Below, in pieces: positions 54,754-64,000 of a stretch of DNA of 64,000 nt. Positions within the stretch are counted from its first letter, which is position 1; each line of letters starts with the position of its first letter. Below the pieces are notes generated by a model, which was given only the letters and a program-made list of their open reading frames with translations, had not been told where the DNA came from and searched no databases. Origin of the DNA: Octopus sinensis (Eukaryota); assembly GCF_006345805.1 (NCBI RefSeq), contig NC_043007.1, forward strand, positions 35,216,001 through 35,280,000, in the 5' to 3' direction. Both the position numbers and the translations under genes were made by a program.

Positions 54754-55935
54754 ATATAATATATACAACATATACATACACATACATACATATGCATACA
54801 TACATACATACATTTATTTTACATATGTATGCCGTGTTTAGGAAGTGTGCTTGAAATATGTCTTTGCGTGCGTGCGTGCGTGCGTGTGCGCGCGCGTGTG
54901 TGTGTGTGTGTTTGATTATGTGCGTGTTTCTCGTTGCATGAGAGATAGACCGGCATTCATATTCCGGACAGCAATTTCGTTCGTTCAATCGACAGTACAG
55001 GTTAACGGAATGGAAATATAAACACATTTCAGACTCTAACATTTCCCTAAAAAGTATTGTATTGACCTCTTTTCTACATATACACATGCATTCATGTAAT
55101 GTTCTTCCTAGAGGTAAGACAATTTTTTTTTTATATTTGCTGCCCTCAAACGTCCTAAGGGTACGAGTGTCAGTGGAGTGCTCAGCTAATTGCACCTTAA
55201 TTTCACAAGCAGACTGTTCTGTTGATCGGGTCAACTGGAACTGACGGAGTGCCAGTTAAGAAGTCTGATTCAGCAATTTCGGGGAGCCAGCAACTTCATC
55301 GACCCTAGTCCTCAACTTGTACTGTTTTTTACCGACCGCGAAAGGATGAAAAGCAAAGTCGACCTCGGCGAAATTTGAACCCAGAACGTAAGGACGGATG
55401 AAATGCTACCGAACATTTCGCCAAGCGTGCTCACCACCTTTAGTCCTTGAAATATTCACTGCCATTCGATTTATTTTAATCGAAGAAGTTTCATTGATTA
55501 AAATCAATCTATAAATAAATAAGTAAATACATAAAAAGCTAAATAAATGAATAAAGCACACATGGAAGAAACAGGAAGTCTATTGACAGGAAGTTCTTTA
55601 TATAAAGAAGAAAAATTGTTTCTCGCACAGAAGAGCGCTCAGTTCCAGCGAATTAAAAATTCACACAACGCTATTTGAACTGCAATTTCGTGTGGTTAAG
55701 GATTTGGCGATCAATGCGATTATCTGCGGTATACAACTTTAAGATACTTACATACGTGCATGCATTCATACATACATACATACATACATACATACATACA
55801 TACATACATACATACATACATACATACATAATATACGTACGTACATTACATAACATACATACATACATACATACATACATATCTGCATACATGCAAGCAT
55901 ACATAAATACATATATTTATAACGTATAATGCATC

Positions 55936-55982
<47 letters not shown>

Positions 55983-56029
55983 ATATATATACACACATAT
56001 ATAGGCAAACACACATATACACACATACA

Positions 56030-56118
<89 letters not shown>

Positions 56119-56967
56119 ATATATATTACATAATAATATATATATATATATCAAACAAGCGTCAGTCCGCCCTTTGTGAGTCATCAAATGAATCATTAAT
56201 TTTCCTCTAGGTTCATTCCTTCGATTGACTCATGCATACTTTGCTGGCCTTTATTCTTCCACCCCGTCTCTCTCCTCTCTCCTCTCTCTCTCCCTCTCTC
56301 CCTCTCCCTCTCTCTCTTACTTATAACATCTAATCCCCGAGCTTTAGTTATCGCCTCTGCTTGCCTTATATTGAATTATGGAATCTAGTTACCCACTTTC
56401 TCCTTCCTGCCTGCCTAAACTACTGCCTTCCGTTACCAAATACTCCCACGCTCCTACAAAAAATCTGCCTATATCTTCAAACCACCATCCACCTCACCTT
56501 TTGCTTGCATATCTCTGTTGAGATACTATCACATTATTTCATAACTGCACGCGCGTGCTTCATAAATGGCGACTACAAACAAAAATAATGATTAAGATAA
56601 ATGAAAACTCCTCTGCGTCTTGTTATTAATTTTATTGAAAATAACATAATAAAACTAATCCATCGGATTACCTCTTATCATCTCAAACAGTCGTCAATCA
56701 ATATACAACTAAAAAGCCATCAGACGACTTAAAATTCTTGATAAACTTTCAAAGCAACGTCTCGACATTCTTCGGTTAGTTTTCCTTCAAAGCATACCCG
56801 ACCGACTTTGAAAACGAAATAGAGAAATACACATTAGATGATGTGGTTGTTGGATATATATATATATATAGGTGGGGTGGAGAATTCATGAAGAAAACAA
56901 AACACGAAGAAAGGTGGTGTAGAAAACAAACAGATGTATTAGTATAACGCTCGGGAATTGAAAAAGT

Positions 56968-57003
56968 CTTTAATGTTTCGAGCCTACGCTCTTCCACAGA
57001 AAG
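56968..57003 (-). ncRNA. Hammerhead-like motif, family B
   Basis: CTTT CTGTGGA a GAGC gtag GCTC GAA ACAT T AAAG. Confidence 0.45.
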
Positions 57004-57070
57004 GAACACAGAAAGAAACAAGGAGAGAAAAAAATGTATGTAGTGGCTACCGATCTATCATGGCGAATGC

Positions 57071-57110
<40 letters not shown>

Positions 57111-57165
57111 TATCATCATCATCATCATCATCATCATCATCGTTTAGCGTCCGTTTTCCATGCTA

Positions 57166-57203
<38 letters not shown>

Positions 57204-57302
57204 TTATGTATGTATGTATGTATGTATGTATATAAATATAATATATATATTATATATATATATATATATATAATATATATATATATATATTATATATATA
57301 TA

Positions 57303-57633
57303 AAAGACCCCCTTCGGTCATGAATGACCATGGGATTGCACCTAGAAAGTTACCCTCCTAGACACAAGTCTGGGCAAGGTTGTTTTTATGGAAGGCCAGC
57401 AGTCGCCCATGCATACCAGCCTCCCCTCTCCACGCCACCAGTGTTATCCAAGGGAAAGACAAAGGTCGATACAGCTTGGCACCAGTGACGTCGCAACTCA
57501 TTTCTACAGCTAAGTGAACTGGAGCAACGTGAAATAAAGTGCCTTGCTCGAGAACACAACACGCAGCCCGGTCCGGGATTCGAGCTCACAACTTCACGAT
57601 CGTAAGCTCGACGCTCTAACCACTGAGCCATGC
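57303..57633 (-). mobile_element. CORE-type tRNA SINE
   Basis: gcatggctcagtggttagagcgtcgagcttacgatcgtgaag..ctcgaatccc head; CORE-like tgtgttctcgagcaaggcactttatttcacgttgctccag. Confidence 0.88.
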
Positions 57634-58767
57634 ATATATATATATACAGGTCGTCGTCGACTTACGACCACAAAGTCGATTTGGTCGTAAGTCGGCCTAT
57701 AGGCCTACATAGCTTTGTTTTATAGTTTTATTACATTCTTAAGGTACATTCTCAGGTAAAAGTCACACACAACATTCTGTATTATACTATTACACTGGCG
57801 TTAGTCAAAAATTTCGGAGTCTCAAGCAGTCGTCATATAAACAAATACGAGGTTGCCTCGATGTCTCCACAACTTGATAGTCATCCAATACAGTGGCGAC
57901 CGATAACCAAACCTTGGGGAAGAGTTTGTTAGCTACATCATTCGTAGACGGGTTAATTTCGTCCTGGAAGATCTGTTGAGCTCGACGATACATGCAAATA
58001 CATGCATCAAAAGTAAAATTTTTCCAGTGACCTTTAAAATATTATTGTGGATTCCTATTTTATTATTTTGTTATGTGGACCCCCAAAATTCTTATATGGA
58101 TCTTCAGGGGCCGTATGGACCCCAGTTGAAAACCACTGCTCTAGATGAACGATCCCAATTGGGTTTGAATTTGGTTTATTAAAAAAATCATAAAACTGGG
58201 TCAGTTCAGCCTGAAAAGCAATTCGAACAAATAAAACAGTCAAGTTAGAGCCTTTATAATTAAAGTACTGCGAGAAAGAAAAAAAAAAAAGCAGTCACTT
58301 CAGTATTAAATTCCCGCGTCATTTTTTTTTTTTTTTTTTATAATTCAAGTCACACAGTGAGACATATGTCCAATCTGACTGGAGTTATTTCCCTTCGTTA
58401 TTCTATAGTAAGTTCAGCGTTACTATGTATTCATGTATGTGGTAACCAATCACGGTTGAGAAATATTGGCTAGAAGATAACAAACACACACACACGCACA
58501 CACACACACATACTTGTGTGGTGTGTGCATGTGTGTGTGTGTGTGTGGTGTGTGTGTGTGTGCGCGCGTGCGTAATATGTACGATTATTTCGACACATGC
58601 TTACACTTGCAGTACATTGATGAGATGTATGATCAGTATCAGGCATCCAAGATATAAAATTAACTCTACATAGCATTCGACGAGGTTTTTACTCTGATCT
58701 TATTTAACTAACACACACACACACACACACACACCACACACACACACACACACGCACACACATGCGC

Positions 58768-58821
<54 letters not shown>

Positions 58822-58823
<2 letters not shown>

Positions 58824-59066
58824 CATCATCATCATTGTTCGACCGTGGTCGAGACAATGGAATTTACTATGTTACGCCAGACTTCACGGTCCATCATAGC
58901 ATTACGGAGGTCCTGTTGCTGGATGCCTGTATCCCTGGAGATTACATCAGGGTAGGAGAGTGTGCGCCCTCTGGTATTGCGAGTAGATGGCTTCCAGGGG
59001 AGAAGAGTAGAAATTACTTCTTTTTCAGCTCTACAACAATGTCCAGCAAACTGGACTCTCCTACCT
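58822..59066 (-). mobile_element. Short RTE LINE 3' end
   Basis: Reverse complement of 51160-51405 with the (GAT)n tail. Confidence 0.88.
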
Positions 59067-59068
59067 AC

Positions 59069-59121
<53 letters not shown>

Positions 59122-59140
59122 ATTATATATATATATATTA

Positions 59141-59207
<67 letters not shown>

Positions 59208-59211
<4 letters not shown>

Positions 59212-59452
59212 CCTTTTCAAGCCTAGCCAGGCTCATGGGCCCGGTTTCCCGGTTTCTGTGGCGTATGTCCCCCCCCACCAGCTGGACGGGACGCCAGTCC
59301 ATCGCAGCGTTACTCAAGAAACAGGAAGAAAGAGTGAGAGAAAGAGAAAGTCGGGGCGAAAGAGTACAACAGGGGTCGCCACCACCCCCTGCCGGAGCCT
59401 CGTGGAGCTTTAGGTGTTTTCGCTCAATAAACACACGCAACGCCCGATCTGG
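59208..59452 (-). mobile_element. Headless mosaic group 3 SINE
   Basis: Middle matches the 2066/59761 subtype; tail resembles the 33663 and 28077 tails. Confidence 0.75.
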
Positions 59453-59760
59453 ATAGAATATTTTAGCTGTACCATCCGAGCAATGGGAGATAGACACTGC
59501 TGACGAGTCTGCAACTAATAGATGAGACTAGACTAGTCCAGTGGTTTTCCTGTATTATGGTTCGGAAATCTCCAAAATATAACATCTTCGATGACCTGAT
59601 CTTCAGCATTATATCGGTGGCCAGCAGGTTTATCCTACGTTGAGTAAAAATATAGAAGGGTGGAATGTACGTATAAATTTCCTCGTTGACATTGTGCTTA
59701 CACCATTAGATGTTTTGAGCCCTTATAAGAAGTCTTGTGTATATACATACCACCAATGTG

Positions 59761-60136
59761 TGGAGGCGCAATGGCCCAGTGGTTTGGGCAGCGGACTCGC
59801 GGTCATAGGATCGCGGTTTCGATTCCCAGACCGGGCGTTGTGAGTGTTTATTGAGCGAAAACACCTAAAAGCTCCACGAGGCTCCGGCAGGGGATGGTGG
59901 TGATCCCTGCTGTACTCTTTCTCTCACTCTTACTTCCTGTTTCTGTTGTACTTGTATTTCAAAGGGCCGGCCTTGTCACTCTCTGTGTCACGCTGAATAT
60001 CCCCGAGAACTACGTTAAGGGTACATGTGTCTGTGGAGTGCTCAGCCACTTACACGTTAATTTCACGAGCAGGCTGTTCCGTTGATTCGGATCAACCGGA
60101 ACCCTCGTCGTCGTAACCGACGGAGTGCTTCCACCA
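59761..60136 (+). mobile_element. Group 3 SINE (ggaggcgcaatgg subtype), full length
   Basis: Flanked by ccaccaatgtg on both sides. Confidence 0.93.
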
Positions 60137-60145
60137 CCACCAATG

Positions 60146-60440
60146 TGGAGGCACATGGTCTAGTGGTTAGAGCAGCGGACTCGCGGTCGAGAGATCGCGG
60201 GTTCGAATCTCAAACCGGGGGATGTGTGTGTTTATGAGCGAAACACCTAAGCTCCACGCGGCTCTGGCAGAAGGTAATGGCGAACATCTGCTGACTCTTT
60301 CGCCACAACTTTCTCTCACTCTTTCATCTGGCAGCTCACCTGCGACGGACCGGCGTCCCGTCCAGGTGGGGAACCTGTACACCAATGAAACCGGGAAACC
60401 GGCCCTTATAAGCCAGGCATGGCTCGAGAAGGAACAAACA
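60146..60440 (+). mobile_element. Group 3 SINE (ggaggcacatgg subtype)
   Basis: Followed by acataccaccaatgtg (60441-60456), identical to 59745-59760. Confidence 0.93.
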
Positions 60441-62326
60441 ACATACCACCAATGTGATCCTGAAGCTCTTTCTTCACAGTATAGGTTTCGAGTCAATAAA
60501 AAAAAAGAAAGAAAACTGCTTCCTCCATATAGCCTAAAGAAAACAAACATTATTGACTATGAAATACTAGACTGCCAGTAAATATTTGAAATGTATTAAA
60601 TTCAATAATGAGGATATTGAATATTTTATCTAACTTAAAATTGCATTGAATATAGTACTAACGGCATATATGTTTATTTCATTTAAATAACTGCATATCA
60701 AGTTGTTGATTAATTCCATTATGAACGAGTCCACTATTTATTTGCTTGAATTTCTCCAATATTAACATGTATAAAATCATATCTTTTGCTACATACACTT
60801 GAAAATATATACTTGACAGATGCGACTGATGAGAAAATATATGTAACAGTTGTGTTTAAGACATAAAATGAAAGCTTATTTATTCTATGGAACAAAATGT
60901 CTGTTATTTAGTATAGAATTCCAGGTCTGCGAATAAAAAGAATGTGATCATTCATTGTAGTTAGAGTTTCCTCTTTGATAGTGTTTCGAAAATTTGTTCT
61001 GATATTGGTTATACTCTCTGCAACGAATGATTTCATTCTTACTCAATCTAACGGCAGTTCGCCATACATATTTTCTGTTGACGTTTTTTTTTTAATGTCG
61101 TATAATCAGGTCGAATTCTATGATTTGTTATTTCTGAACGCGCAATTTATAAAATTGAGGCCAAATCCTCGTTGAAGAATTAGTAGAATGTGTGCATGGG
61201 GTGAACCACACTTTTTGGAATTTTGTAATATAAAAGAGATCTATCGTATCTGACGGCACATCCGACGCACTTTTTTTTTTACAAAAAATGTCTTTAAAAA
61301 TTCACTCCGCCATCTAAATAGAAGTTGGATTTATATGGCCTATGTTACAATGTTTTAATGCACTAAAAAAATTTTCTTCAATATACACTACTGAAATTGG
61401 GGTTTGTCTGATATGCCTGCATGTCTTTTATGCCATCAAATACGGTGTTTCTCAAATATTTCACTTGTTACAATATCTTCCGGTAAAAACTATCTGTTCT
61501 TTGTTACATATCATTGACACTATATCTAATCAGTCTGGAGCAGTTTGTCTTGGGAAAAGGTACTCTGATATTCCAGGCTAATAAACATTACTAGTCATAC
61601 TGACCAAGAATTGAGAAGAACTGTCATTTCGTATAAAGAATTCATATTTCTTCACGAGTGTAGAAAAGAAGACGGCATATTTGCTGCTCTGCCATTTTAC
61701 TCGGTATTGATCATTGCAATATTATTTTCAAAATGATTCACACCCAGGACGGAGCTTCTGCTGCATATACCGACAGCCTAAACCGTATCCAGTAAAAGAC
61801 CACCCTGCTGAGAGGCAGAGGCTGGAGCATGACTTTAAGAAGAACGTTAATGGTATCAATTTCACCTGATTAAGAGGGACCTACAAAGCCCATGGGGAAT
61901 GCATATTTCTCCAAACTCAAGAACTTTAAAAAAAAAGCAATGCCTTTGATATTGATCGACTTTCAACGTTTGCACCTAAATTTCTTACAAAATTCAAATT
62001 CTTAATTTCAATCAGCATGTGTGAATCATCAGGCCATTGTTAGAAGTGTTTCCCAGCTTGCAGAATTGGATCTATATCTCATTCTCGGTCCACTGCCAAT
62101 CAGGTTTTATGCTGGGCTTTCAATAAACTTGGTTTCGCATTCTTTACCTTTTCCTTTTTTTTCATCATTATTCGTCTTCATGTTCTGAGTTCAAATTCCG
62201 CCGAGGACGACTTTGTCTTTCATCCTCACGGGGTCGATGAAATAAGTACAAGTTAAGCACTGGGGTACATGTAATCAACCAGTCTCCTCCCACAGAATTT
62301 CAGGCTTTGTGCCTTTATTAGAAAGG

Positions 62327-62390
<64 letters not shown>

Positions 62391-62391
<1 letters not shown>

Positions 62392-62850
62392 GGGTACACC
62401 AGGCACATGCAACACAACCATATGTGTGCGACACGATGATCTCATATCAAGATAAACAGCGCATAACCTTGCAGATGGGGCCCAGTTAGAATTTTCTTCA
62501 TGTCGAGTAGCCCATCCCGCTCAAAAGTTCCCTGAATAAGGGTTGTTTAAGGATGTTAAACAAAACACCCATGTTTCCAAATGTGAATTATCCAAACCGC
62601 AAAGAATTCTTCTCGACACATGGCTATGATGCTCCCCCACCACTTCTGCTCATGATCAGAGATGCACATATCGTCAGCCACTAAGGGACATGGTCAACTG
62701 GTTATGGTCAAACAACTGACAAGCAAATCTGTGGTATTGAGCAGGATATTTGCTGTAGCCCATCTTTTATACCAAAACACAACAATGTACATGATAACAC
62801 TTCCAATCAATTAAGATCAGAAGCCATGAGAGCCACTGCCGGGTATTCCA
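62391..62850 (-). mobile_element. Repeat X embedded in (TTA)n
   Basis: Homologous to 20810-21270; (TTA)n on both sides. Confidence 0.78.
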
Positions 62851-62860
62851 TATTATTACG

Positions 62861-62926
<66 letters not shown>

Positions 62927-63202
62927 GTTATTATTATTAATAATATTATGGTTTTCTTTCATTATAACTTTATTTCAGCTGCCTTAGTACCCGGCATCCT
63001 CCAGAGGCCAAGAGTAGCAAAGGCACTTTTGTTTTGCTATGCATATTAAAATTATCACCACATTTATTCCATTTTAGATGGAGACTGCTTTCCGTAGTAT
63101 ATGGGCTCTAACCATCAAGGTTATCTTTTGTAGTTCACGGAGATTGCTTAATATACTTCTCAGCTCTCTTCTTTATAATTCCCAACGCACCAATTACTAC
63201 TG

Positions 63203-63273
<71 letters not shown>

Positions 63274-63277
63274 ATTA

Positions 63278-63309
<32 letters not shown>

Positions 63310-63335
63310 TATTATTATTATTATTATCATTATCA

Positions 63336-63369
<34 letters not shown>

Positions 63370-63370
<1 letters not shown>

Positions 63371-64000
63371 AGTTTGACTTTTGCTTTGTATTTGTACAAG
63401 TTTACTCCAAGTCTCACACAGAGACTTCAAGAGAGAACAAGTTAGAAGTTCAAATTGGTGTTATGCCTAGGGTGTCATATATTTGGTTTGGCACATAGTA
63501 TTGTTTTAGAGAATGTTTAAGAAAACATAAGAAAATTATGAGTTTATTTTAAAATTTGAGATTACATAGACAGTATTTTACGTAGGATATGGGCAGTTCC
63601 CATGAGCACTATCTTTTAAATTTCTGCCATTTTGGGGTTTCCTGGTATCTGAGCTAGGTAGGAATTAGCCCCTTTTGTTATCATTTTGTGTCATACCTAT
63701 GACAACAGGTATTGCTTTAGTATTGAGGTTCCATATTTTGCCAATTTCTATTTCAAGAGCTATATACCTGATCAGTTTTTGGAAGGTCTTGACAGACACA
63801 TTTATGTCGATTGGAACAGTCATATGAATGAGGAGGCACGACTTATGTCTGAAGTCTTTCAATATAATGTCTGACCTTTTCGCGCGTCTATCTTTCTGTC
63901 AGTTTGAACGATGAAGTTCCGCAAGAGTGAGATGCGATCATTTTCAAGCACTGAAGGTGGTTTGTGTTCCCAACAGTTTTTACCATGGGGCAGGTCCAGA
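63370..64000 (-). mobile_element. RLE LINE (R4/Dong-like) 3' end, runs off the window
   Basis: WEHKPPSVLEND...QTDRKID..DIILKDFRHKSCLLI.MTVPIDINVS.K, PD-(D/E)xK-type region; 3' UTR then (TAA)n tail at ~63205-63370. Confidence 0.88.

Noticed and set aside
57648-57700. Tigger/pogo-like terminus (TA-caggtcgtcgtcgacttacgacc) and a hAT-like end near 58085-58140
   Set aside because: No partner TIRs found, so elements could not be delimited.

Overview
Repeat-dominated, AT-rich eukaryotic DNA with one 100-N gap and no recognisable intact host gene. The SINE, LINE and microsatellite families are most consistent with an octopus (coleoid cephalopod) genome; this is inferred from recalled repeat families, not a database search. 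Most listed ORFs are translations of simple repeats. Real coding remnants are a frameshifted Penelope-like element (RT plus GIY-YIG) with inverted pseudo-LTRs, mariner and hAT transposase fragments, and RTE, L1/Tx1-like and restriction-endonuclease-type LINE fragments. Three tRNA-headed SINE groups, non-autonomous Helitrons and MITEs fill most of the rest. The strongest unexplained structure is a concentration of fold-back DNA and hammerhead-ribozyme-like motifs: eight type I hammerhead-like cores in four sequence families, a near-perfect 888-bp zero-spacer palindrome, an old ~850-bp inverted duplication, and a 25-copy 54-bp minisatellite. All alignments and folds were done by eye, so coordinates of degenerate elements are approximate.
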